Shown: positions 13,301-25,300 of the stretch, piece by piece
Numbering within the stretch: the first letter of the stretch is position 1
Layout of the letters: the number at the start of each line of letters is the position of its first letter
Assembly (NCBI RefSeq): GCF_964188315.1
Contig: NC_135669.1
Span: 20,274,001 to 20,338,000, forward strand
DNA length: 64,000 bases
Source of the DNA: Podarcis muralis
Lineage: Eukaryota
Direction of reading: 5' to 3'
The notes under the pieces: model-generated
Database searches by the model: none
The model's input: the letters and a program-made list of their open reading frames with translations, nothing else
Told to the model about the DNA's origin: nothing
Made by a program: the position numbers and the translations under genes

Positions 13301-16300
13301 CCTTAGGACGTCTCTATTTTCATCGGAGAAATGTTGGAGGGTATAGAGCTATGCAACCCCCAAAGCCAAGCTGATAAATAACTATACAACCTTTAGAGGA
13401 CACCTGTATAGGGAAGGTTTTTTTAATTAAAAAAAAGTTTAATGTTTTATTATGTTTTCATATATGTTGGAAGCTGCCCAGAGTGACTGGGGAACCCAGT
13501 CAGATGGGCAAGGTGTAAGTAATAAATTTATTATTACTATGGAATAGGACGTCCCTATTTTCAGAGAAATGTTGGAGGGTATGGTATTAAAAACAGTTTA
13601 GAACAAATTACAGTCACAGGAATAGGGTATACAGTGGTACCTCGGGATGCGAACGGGATCCGTTCCGGAGGCCCGTTCGCATCCTGAATAGAACGTAAGA
13701 CGCGACAGCGCGTCTGCGCGTGCTGCGTTTCACCGCGCATGTGCGTGACGTCATTTTGACTCTCTGCGCATGTGCAAGCGGTGAAACCCGGAAGTAACAC
13801 GCTCCGTTACTTCCGGGTCGCTGCGGAGCGCAACCCGAAAATACTTATCCTGAAGCATATTTATCCCGAGGTATGACTGTATATATTTATGGTGAGTGTG
13901 TCTTCAGCAGAAACTACATTTCATAACACCTACACACTGCTCGATTGTGAGGGGAAAAACCTTGAAGGGGTTTACAAAAAAAGACAAACAATTAAAATGC
14001 TCACTAAACGTTTTAGCTTCTTAACATTGCAGCTGCTGCACTGTACTCTGGACTGCCAATAATCTATTTTCAGGCCATTCTGTTTTAGTAGCATATCCTT
14101 AACACACACACACACATGCTCTACGTGGTTCTTGGATCAAATGGGGGGCAGCCTATGGTACATTAATTCAGCACATAACAGTGTAGAGCAGTGTAGACCA
14201 GGAACATGTGGCCCTGCATATATTTTTCGATGTTCCCAGGCAGTTGTCCCGTTGATCGCTAACAGAATCCCTTGAAACCAATAGGACTTGCTTCCAAGTA
14301 AACCTGTTAAGAACTGTGGTGTGACTAGCTGAGTATTGCAGGGTTGTAGGCAGGAGACGAAAGGGTGAAACACCCAGGATGGAGCTTAAAAAATCTGGTA
14401 AAGAAGCCACGTTCCAGGTCATTCCAGGTCTTGCTTATAAAAATATTTGAAGAGGATTATTTACCTGGCTTTTCTTTTTTCCGCTTAAACGGCGAAGGGC
14501 AGTTCCTGAAATAAAAGAGACAGAGTTGCATGAAATTCAGAGGGTCTTTAATCCTCTAATGGCGCGCTGATCAGTACTTGATAAAGATGTATTGATCCAC
14601 AGCCTGCCACAAAATGCTGCAGAGTGGAATACTCCTGTTCAGGTTTCCAGCCAGACCCATTCATTTCTCTGCCCCACCTTCAATTTTCTGGTTCTCACCC
14701 TCATCTGCCAGTCAGCATTCCATGCCCACTGAGCATGCTCAGTCTTCGCCAGGTTTGTGAAAAGTGCTGGGACGAAAAGAAAACTGCTCAGAAATAGAGC
14801 TTTAAAACCCAGACCTGTGCCTAGAAATCGGCATGAAAGGAAGTCTGGATGAGACCTGACTGGGTATATGAGCCCTCGTCTCCCAGGTTTCAGTCTGATG
14901 CTCCAACCATTATACCACCCTGCCTCTCATTGGCTGTAACATGACTGGTGCTCTAGATTTCAGCATTACCACCAGCAGAGGGGAGAGATACCACCTTGTT
15001 ATATGGATAGCCAAAGAATGGAAAAATACCAGGGTGGGTTGGGGGACAGAGAGAAAGGAGGTGCGGCTGTGGGGAGCCTGTTGCTAAGATACCCGCCTAA
15101 AAACTCATTTTTCCATGGAAAGGGTTGGAAATGCCGAGAGCTCCTGGGCAGGGAGCCACAGCTGGCAGCTCTGTGACCTTCTTCAGAAACAAACACCCGG
15201 CTCTTGCAACATGCCTCCCCTCCTCCAGCCAGAAGCCATGGGCCAGCACGCAGACCGAATGCATTGTACAGTCAGCGAGCACACACTGGCTGGCTTATGG
15301 AAAGAGAAGAGAATGGACCCTGTTCAGTACAGGCCACCCCACCCGTCCTCTTCCCAAAGCTGGACATTGTCCTTTGCTACCAGTGAGGACGCCTGCTCTC
15401 TTTCCCATGAATAAGAAAGTTGTTTCGCAGCTGTATTTTGCTTCCATGTGATCCAGTACTTGTTTGCCCTTTCTGTGCTTTTATGGAGCCTAAAACTAAT
15501 GTTGAACTGGAGCATTTTGTTTCTTGTTTCCTGCCAGAGGTTCTTCCCCCAGGGTGGAGTTAGTGATTAGATCAGCCACATGTTTTGGAATGCATCTCCC
15601 ATAAGCCCTAGCCAGGATGATTTTGCTGGCTGATGGGAGTTGTAGTCCACAAGCACAGTTACAATAAGTCGCGATCCCATAAGGCATGGTTCCTTGTAAA
15701 AGTTTGTTTCACATAATGGTTTGTTGCCAAAAAAAACCCCAAACAACCCATAGTTACTCTGCGTGGCTGAGTTCAAATGTCCAAACAAGCCATACTTTAG
15801 CCAAACAAATCAGGGCGTAGCGTCATGTCTGAAGCATACCAACTCATTTACATGAGTAGGGCTGCCATACGTCCGGATTTTCCCGGACATTACCAGGATT
15901 TCAAAGGAGGAATTGATGTCCAGGGGAAATTTCTTGGATCTTAAGCAGCAATATATATAAAAAAATGAAATATGGCAACCCTAACCTGAGAGTAAGCTGC
16001 ACCAAGCTCACTGGGATTTGCTTCTGAATAAATATGCATAGGATACCACTCTGAGAGTGGTCTCCATTGGGTGGTGGTATCCATTGGGACTAGTAGAGCG
16101 AAAGGCAGAGAGGCCAATATAGGCAGAGCCAGAACTAATGACAGACAGAGCCAACTAATTCTGGTTTTGCCCCCATCCTCTTCCCTGCTGACATCTACAA
16201 GGAGAGCACTGGAACTCAGGGGGAAGAAACTGACTGGCAATGACTCCCTGCTAGACAAGTAGGCAGGCAAGGGCTGGCTGAGGATGGACTGAGGTTGGTG

Positions 16301-19300
16301 GGGCAGTACCCCATTCATTCACCCGAAAGGACTGCACTGCAGATAAAATCCATTCTGCCTCATTTTCCAAAGTGTTTTCCTTCCCTGCTGCAGGTCCAGA
16401 GACTTTTTCAGCAGGGGGCCGGCCCACTGTCCCTCAGACCTTGTGGGGGGCCAGACTATATTTTGGAAAAAAGAAAAAAAAAATTCCTATGGCCCACAAA
16501 TAACCCAGAGATGCATTTTAAATAAAAGGGCACATTCTACAAACACGCTGATTCCCGGACCGTCCGCGGGCCAGATTTAGAGGGCTATTGGGCTGGATCT
16601 GGCCCCCGGGCTTTAGTTTGCCTACCCATGACTTACGCTATCTTCTTGTAATGCAAAGAGCAGGCAGAGCATCATGAAAGACCCACAACTCTACTGGCCA
16701 TCTTTCCACTCCGGCACCAACTTGTTCATTTCTCTGTTCTGCCAAGGCCTGGGCAGTGCAATTAAAATAGCTCTGCTTTAAATATAATCATTGGCATCCT
16801 AAGCCTGTTTCCTAAGAAATACAAGGCCCCTGTATCATTTTTCAGAGCTGCTTTTCTCTTGTATCGGTTGGCAGAGCGGAGGGGTGTTTTAACAAGCTGC
16901 CCCGCAGGCGATGGCTATTCTGAGGCTGTCTGCGGGCTAATCCCCGGCTTGTCCGTCCAAAGGCATCTCCGAGCTTCTGCTGTATCAGACAGAATTAGAA
17001 TGGACAAGGATGGGAGAGAAGTCTACAGCAATGAGGCTGCTCCCTCTCTCTCTAAACCAAATACAAAATGTTCCTGAAAAATCTTGCCCTTTGAGGCTTA
17101 AGCCCTAACCCTCACAAACCACTTTTTCCCACAGCTACCCAGAACTACTTGATCACAGTTGTCCATGTATTGGTAACCTGCAGGCTGGATTACCGCAATG
17201 TGCTCTGTGTGGGACTACCCTTGAGGCTGGTCCAGGGGATGCCGCTGCTTTAAAACCAAGCAGCTAAGCTGCTTGTTGGAACAAACTTCCACCAGCAAAT
17301 ACCAACTTGTCTATTGGCTACCAACCTGCTATGAGGGCTAAGCTCAAGGTTTAGGTACAGTGGACGCTTGGGTTGCGAACGTGATCCGTGCGGGAGGCAC
17401 GTTCGCAACCCGCAGCGCCGTGTCTGCGCACGAGTGGGGCGCGATTTGGTGTTTCTGCGCATGCGCGAGTGCCAAAACCCGGAAGTAACCCATTCCGGTA
17501 CTTCTGGGTTCGGCGCTGTGCGCAACCCGAAAACGCACAAGCTGAAGCATCTGTAACCTGAGGTATGACTGTCCTAACATGTAAGGCCGTGTACAGTTTG
17601 GGGTCAGGTTATTTGAGAAGCTGTCTTAACCCTTACCTACCCAGTAATAATAGGACATTGCATTCTGCAGAAGAGATTATACCCCCAAAAATAGAGGACC
17701 ACTCAGTACCGGTACTATTTTTCTAGAAAAAGAGGTGCCAGAACTCATCATGAATACCTTCCTTGTTCTCTTATACAGTAATGGCAATGGTGTCCACCTG
17801 ACACTTGCCAGAACAGAGTTCCAGCCAGTTCTGGCTAGGGAAAAACCTGCCCTGGGCCCACATCATAGCAACTCAGGCTGGGACTGCCCCTGTTTTGTGG
17901 AACAGCATCTCTTAAGATACAACAGGCACCTGCTATCAGTCCTTTCCAGAAATAAATGGAAGACATGTTTGTTTCAATACGTTTTTCCAGTTGGGTGAAT
18001 TGGTCTCTGGCCTCAGGTGTTTATTCTGTGTTGTTTCTAAACCTGTATTACATTGTGCTTTCTCTACTTTTTTTAAAAAAAAATGCTTAAGGTATTTTTA
18101 TTGTATGTTTGCAAATCACCATGAGTCTCATGGGAAATGCAATTCATAAACAAAATAGACAGATAAGCGATTACAACCTCCAGCTGATTCCACTATGCAA
18201 ACATGGTGCAAAGTTCCTTTTGTACAATCAACAGCATTTCTCCATCTCTTGCGCTACATTTCCATGCCGCACTCTTGCTACTCCAGGGCCTTGTCAAAAA
18301 GTATTAATATTCTGCAACTCAGCTGGGGGTGGGGGGTTAGATTCAGCCCCTCTTTCCTCCATCTAGCTGCTTATTAAGCGGGATTGTAATCTCCACTGGT
18401 TGCTTGTATCTCATAACTTTACATGTCCTGGAATGCAATTTTCCTTCTTCATGGGATTTTGACAAATAGAGAGATAAACTTAGGTCCTATAGAAATCAAT
18501 GGGACAGGTTAATAATGGCATAAATAAAGTCCCGTTGTTCCAATAAGTGCAACCAACTTCTTGCTTGGATCTAGCTCACTGTTATTTCAAATCACCAGCT
18601 TAATTAATTATGATACCACTTCAGTCCATTAGAAGTTTTTGAATCAATTAATCTAACTGATCAAATGCACACTGCAGCCCTAATGGCAAAAGATGCTGAA
18701 GTACTCTGAGCACTCTAAAATGCTACATAAATGGTAAGTATAATTATTACTCCTACTGCATTATCTGTGAAAGAGAGTGGCACTGTTAAGCAGAAATTAT
18801 TTTTCAGCCAGCTTGCCTTGTACGGCTCAGTTAAAGATGTGGGAAACTCACATTCTGATTAATTTGTTGTTTTTGTCGTTTAGTTGTGTCCGACTCTTCA
18901 TGACCCCATGGACACGCCAGGCACTCCTGTCTTCCACTGCCTCCCGCAGTTTGGTCAAAACTCATGTTAGTAGCTCTGATTAATTTACACTTACTTATAA
19001 ACACACACACAAGCATCCTTTTCTCCTTCAGGGTAGCTCTGCCACTCTCTGTGCAATTCAGAAAACCAGCAAAATGCGGGCTTTGATCAGGGGTGGGGAG
19101 GTGGGGAGTGAGCACAGGTAGCAAGCTGTTTGCAAAATATTTCCTCCCGCTGAGTAAAACACCCTGCTCAGGTAGGACAAAAGAGCAGTGAAGAAGATCC
19201 CTTTGTGCAGGCAAGACACAAAGCCTTGGAGTCCCACCTGACTCCACCAGAAGCACTTCAAAGCGGCAGCAACTCAGTCAAATGTGGCTTTTGAAGCAGG

Positions 19301-22300
19301 GCCGGATTTAGATGAAGAGAGCCCTAGGCTACTCCACTTATGAGACCCCTCCCCATCCCCCACCCTCACAACTAGAAGAAAATTTGAGTGAAGACAAGGG
19401 TGATGGCAGGTATTTAAAATTCTTCAATTCACAATTTCTCCTCCAAAGGACATAAGATATGAGGCCTGTATTTTGGAGCTTTATAATTTTGGAATAACTA
19501 GTTGACAAGTCTTATCAGTTGCTGACGTATGAGCAGACCTTATTTGCCGCTATTCTGGGCTTCTGGTGCACCAGGGATTAGACCAGCATAACAGAGTTGG
19601 TCAGGATGCCAGAAGGGATACAATTTACAAGCTTTCTCCATTATCTGCAGAGCAGGGGGTGTTCAGTCAACTGTGCAAAGGCTGAGCTGAAGCATTCCCT
19701 GCTGGTTACCTGCTTTCAGCAATAGGGGTCATTGCTTGGTAGTACCCAGTTGGTTAGCTGTCAGATTCTAGAGCTCCATATTGGTGGCTCTTAAGTAATT
19801 TACAAAATACAGAGTCCATTCATAAAACACAGTGTTCATTCATAAAGCAGTAACATAAATCTCCATTGCTACACATTGGGTTTATATTTCAGCAGTTGAA
19901 CATACAAGTGTATGGCCATGCTGTAGTGTAATGCTTATGTGACTAAGAATAAAAGGTGGCTGGGCTCATTGTCTTGGGGTTTGTGGGGGAATAGGTGACA
20001 AAACTGATTTCCAATAAGTGCCCCCCTTTATTTCCATAACCAGTCCTTGAGTCTGTACTCTGAATGGTGACACCAGGGACCTAGAAGGTGCAGGGCTTGT
20101 CACTCCAACCCCTGCACAGTCTCATCAGGGCTGACCTTAAGGCAATTGGATCAATTGGGCCAAATTGGGCCCCACAGGCCACTCCTAAGGGGGCCCCTGC
20201 GCCAGGAACAATCTAGATGGGTTTTATTTATATCTATAAGATTTTGCAGACTTTGGCTGTGAACTGGGGCCCTACAAGAAAAAAAATTCAAGTTGTGCCC
20301 CTCTGCTTCAAATTGGGCCCCCACAGGCTAGCCCTGAGTCTCATAGTTGCTGGGCCTGAGTTGCCCTGCCCTTGCATGAGGTCTTGGGTTTCCAATTTTG
20401 GGAAAGGGGAGACTGCCCGCTGGGGAGCGGGAGATTTAGAGGCCCTAGGCTTCAGCCTACCTAGCCTATACATAAATCTGGCACTGGTGGGGAGACTAAG
20501 GGCCCACCCACACTTTCAAAACATGGGTCCAAGAAGTTGTGTGTTTGTGTGCTTCTGCTGCTCTCCCCATTACCGTATTTTCCCCTCTATAACACGCAGA
20601 TTTTTTCTCCTAAAAAGGAAGGGGAAATGTCTGTGCGTGTTATGGAGCGAATGTGTGGGCCCTGGAGCCAAAAAATCAAGCAAAAGTCAAATCGCTCTTC
20701 ACGGAGAAGGGAAACCTGAAAAGAGGAAGTGGCAGCTTTCCTGCATTCTGCCTCAGGGTCTTACTGCCCACCCTCCTCTGTTTCGTTGCTGTGATTGCTG
20801 AAACGGAACAAAGAGCAGGGAAAGCCCCTCCCCTCCAGGCAAGCAGAGGGGAAAGTGTCGTCTCTGTGCTCCGGTACTGCTGGGGGAGAGGGAGAGAGAG
20901 TGGGGGAGGGAGAGGGAGAGGGGGGGAGGGAGAGGGAGAGAGAGAGAGAGAGAGAGAGAGATGGCTGGCTTGGGGGGGGGGACTTTTGCCTCCCACCCGT
21001 TAAATCCCTCTCCAGCATTCTTAGCCAGCTGCTTCTCTGCACACCCCTCTCATGTCCCTTCTTTGTTTTTCCTTCGCTCCCCACTTAAAATGTGGTTACA
21101 AAGCATAGATCAACATGGATCCTCAGGATCTTTGCATTGGGTCACCCCAAATTCACCATCAGATCACATAGCATGTCCATGGCTACAGCCTGCACCAAAA
21201 AAATCACGCACCCACTGTTGCCTGGGGCTGCAATGGTGCAAAAACGTGGTTAAAAAGCATGGATCCACATGGATCCTCAGGATCTTTGCATTGGGTCACC
21301 CCAAATTCACCATCAGATCACATAGCATGTCCATGGCTACAGCCTGCACCAAAAAAATCACGCACCCACTGTTGCCTGGGGCTGCAATGGTGCAAAAACG
21401 TGGTTAAAAAGCATGGATCCACATGGATCCTCAGGATCTTTGCATTGGGTCACCCCAAATTCACCATCAGATCACATAGCATGTCCATGGCTACAGCCTG
21501 CACCAAAAAAATCACGCACCCACTGTTGCCTGGGGCTGCAATGGTGCAAAAACGTGGTTAAAAAGCATGGATCCACATGGATCCTCAGGATCTTTGCATT
21601 GGGTCACCCCAAATTCACCATCAGATCACATAGCATGTCCATGGCTACAGCCTGCACCAAAAAAATCACGCACCCACTGTTGCCTGGGGCTGCAATGGTG
21701 CAAACACGTGGTTAAAAAGCATGGATCCACATGGATCCTCAGGATCTTTGCATTGGGTCACCCCAAATTCACCATCAGATCACATAGCATGTCCATGGCT
21801 ACAGCCTGCACCAAAAAAAGCACGCACCCACTGTTGCCTGGGGCTGCAATGGTGCAAAAACGTGGTTACAAAGCATGGATCCACAGGGATTCTCAGGATC
21901 TTTGCATTGGGTCACCCCAAATTCACCATCAGATCACATGTCTGTGGCCACAGCATGAAGCACAAAAATGATACATCCACTGTTTCATTCAGAATGTTTT
22001 TTCCCTTGTTTTCCTCCTCTAAAAACGATGTGCGTGTTATGGTCAGGTGCGTGTTATAGAGCGAAAAATACGGTAAATTGCTGAATCGGAACAAACATAA
22101 ATCCACAGAAAACCCAATTGACATTTGCTCTGATTCAGCAGTTGAATATCGGATTTTACTGGGGAAAGTGGTGGGGCCAAAAGAACCCCTCCCCCCCAAA
22201 ACCCTCTCAGACCTGAAATCACTTTCAAGGGGGAAATGGAAGTGTGGCAAGAGCTCCAGGGAACACTGAGTTCCAAGATTCCCACCAAAGCACCTTTCTG

Positions 22301-25300
22301 TTGAAAGATTTCAGGCACAAAGAGCCACAGGAGCCAATGTGGGCTGGAGTCTGCAAAATCATTTGTGGGGGGCGGGGGAATACCTTGCAATCTAGGAGCA
22401 ATTTTTAAAAAGTAAGTTTCTAGTCCTCATTACTTATGGAGATAGAGGGGAAAACTGGGAGGCATGAATCTGCTTAAACTGCTCTCTAAGAGAGACATTT
22501 GTTCCTGCTTTCTAGTGTTTTGGTACACACATTCAAAAACTGTAAAACAAGCACCGAGCACATTACTTGTTTTTAGAACGGCATCCACACCATACATTGA
22601 AAGCACTCTTATACCACTTTAAGTGTCACAGCTTCCTCCCAAGAATTCTGGGAACTGGAGAAGGCTCTCCTAACTCTTAATGTAAGCAGGAAAGGTAAAG
22701 GGACCCCTGACCATTGGGTCCAGTTGTGACTGACTCTGGGGTTGCGGCGCTCATCTCGCTTTATTGGCCGAGGGACTCGGAGTTTGTCCGTAGACAGCTT
22801 CCGGGTCATGTGGCCAGCATGACTACGGTAAGTCGCTTCTGGCGAACCAGAGCAGCACACGGAAACGCCGTTTACCTTCCCGCTGGAGCGGTACCTATTT
22901 ATCTACTTGCACTGTGTGTGTGTGTGTGATTTTTTTTAGAAATTAAGGACCAAGTTGAAAATCCACCAACAAATCTAGACAACTTTTCACCAGGAAATAA
23001 CCCTGCAGTTTTCTCTCCACTAGATGATGCTATTTCTCTGTTCGACCACAAACCATTAGCGTCACAGCAAAACCGAAAATCAATACTTCTGTTTCACAGT
23101 GAGCCTTCTCTCTTCTTGCTCAAAGCAGTCTTTCAGACAGTGGCCACACCGCATACTGGGCTCTCCCCACCCACACTCCCAATGTAGGAGATCCTTCCAC
23201 CTGCCATAAAAGGAATCTGCTTCTTTCTGCTGTTGCTTCTATTACTGTATTTACCCGTATCAAATGCTCACCTTTTTTTTGCCCAAATTATGTTGCGAAA
23301 ATTGAGGTGCGCATTAGATTCAATGGCACATTTACGTTCGCCAGCAAATACTTTTTTTTTGTTTCAAGGTTCTGAAAATTGAGGTGCGCATTAAATTCGA
23401 TGGCGCATTAGACTCAAGTAAACACGGTATACAGTGGTACCTCAGCTTAAGTACTTAATTCTTTCCGGAGGTCCGTACTTAACCTGAAACTGTTCTTAAC
23501 CTGAAGCACCACTTCAGCCAATGGGGCCTCCTGCTGCTGCCGCACCGCAGGAGCACGATTTCTGTTCTTATCCTGAAGCAAAGTTCTTAACCTGAAGCAC
23601 TGTGTCTGTAACCTGAAGTGTATGTAACCTGAAGCGTATGTAACCTGAGGTACCACTGTATAGGGGGCAAAATAAATGGGGACTCCTAGGGAGATTCCTC
23701 CCCAGAATGGAAGGACTATAGCTCAGTAGAACAGCATCTGCTTTGCATGTCAAAGGTCCTAGTTTCAATCCCCAGTGGTATGTCCAGGTAGGGCTGGGAG
23801 AGACCCCCTGCTTGAAGCACTGGAGAGCTGCTGCCAGTCAGTGTAGACAATATTGAATTAGATGGACCAAAAGGCAGCTTCATATGTTGCTAGATCACAC
23901 CAAACTACTCTCATTTGGGATTCAACATTTCCCTTTTTTAAAGGGAAATTCCTTTATTCCGAATAGGATTCCTCGCAAGAAAAGGGAAAAGTTGACAGCT
24001 ATGGACTCCATAGGCTGAAGGAATTTTTGGCACCCCGAGCTTAGGTTCTCAAATGCCCAAATAGTGGTTAAGGTAAAGGTAAAGGGACCCCTGACCATTA
24101 GGTCCAGTCGTGGCCGACTCTGGGGTTGGGGCGCTCATCTCGCTTTATTGGCCGAGGGAGCCGGCGTACAGCTTCCGGGTCATGTGGCCAGCATGACTAA
24201 GCCACTTCTGGCGAACCAGAGCAGCGCACAGAAACACCGTTTACCTTCCTGCCGGAGCGGTACCTATTTATCTACTTGCACTTTGATGTGCTTTCGAACT
24301 GCTAGGTGGGCAGGAGCAGGGACCGAGCAACGGGAGCTCACCCCGTCGCGGGGATTCGAACCACCGACTTTCTGACCGGCAAGTCCTAGGCTCTGTGGTT
24401 TAACCCACAGCGTCACCCGCATCCCTACCCAAATAGCGGTTGGAACCCCCTAAAAGAGAATGGCTGAGTGACAACCGGGATGTTCCTAGTTCGAAAGTCA
24501 CCCAAAGTCAGTGGCATTAGGCACAGCACTCTTTCCTAGCCTCACCACCTCATCTGCAATATACGGGAAAGAATGGATTTCTTTTCAATAATTAAATTGT
24601 TTTCTGGTTGTTGTTCCATACTTTCTCCAAGGAGTCCCCAGTGCAGATTAATGCACTGTGTTCTCAAGTGGCTGTCAATACAACAAGGAGTGCCAACTGA
24701 CCCCCACCCCGGTCAGCTCTTTTGTTTTTAACTGTTGCCTGATATATAGAAACCAAAGGGCAAAGTTTTTTTCTCAGCAATGGAGATAGTAAACAAGATT
24801 GCCTATTAAAGGCAAGACAAAACTGCTGCTAAGGGAACAGGAGCGGCAACAGGTGGGAAAAGTTGGCAGCCTGCTAGCCTTCCCCTGAGTGGTTAATTTC
24901 TAAAAGGGGCAGTGCCAGCACTCCAGCCTGCCCATCAAACTTATACACATTGACCTCCTATAATCTAGTACAGGGATGGGGAACCTCCAGCCGTCCATCA
25001 GCCGCATCAGCTAGCAGGGCCAATGGCTGGGGATGATGGGAGTTGTAGTCCACCAACATCTGGAGAACCACAGGTGCCCGCCCACCCCCCAGCCAACCTG
25101 GTATGTATGGGCTAGTGGCAGCTCTTATTGGGACAGGCAGCACACCCTGTACGTGCTCAGCAAATAAGTCTCAGGGTTTTGACAATGAATTAGCTTCTTT
25201 CGTAGGGCTGAGCCCTCTTGACACTTGTCTCTAGTTAAGCTCTGCCTCCTTTGGAGAAGTGGAAGCCGCTCCAGAGAATCTCTCTGTATCTTGCCTGCAA

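Noticed and set aside
20217-21088. Overlapping 97-194 aa ORFs with ERERER or LSLSLS runs
   Set aside because: They arise from the purine-rich tract inside the Tc2-like element and show no transposase (DDE/HTH) motifs.
21087-21985. Possible CRISPR-like array
   Set aside because: The units are contiguous near-identical 154-mers with no unique spacers, in eukaryotic DNA with no cas genes.
20961-22059. Series of 100-148 aa ORFs repeating MDPHGSSGSLHWVTP...
   Set aside because: These are products of the 154-bp tandem unit (not a multiple of 3, so the same peptide recurs in shifting frames); there are no splice signals or protein homology.
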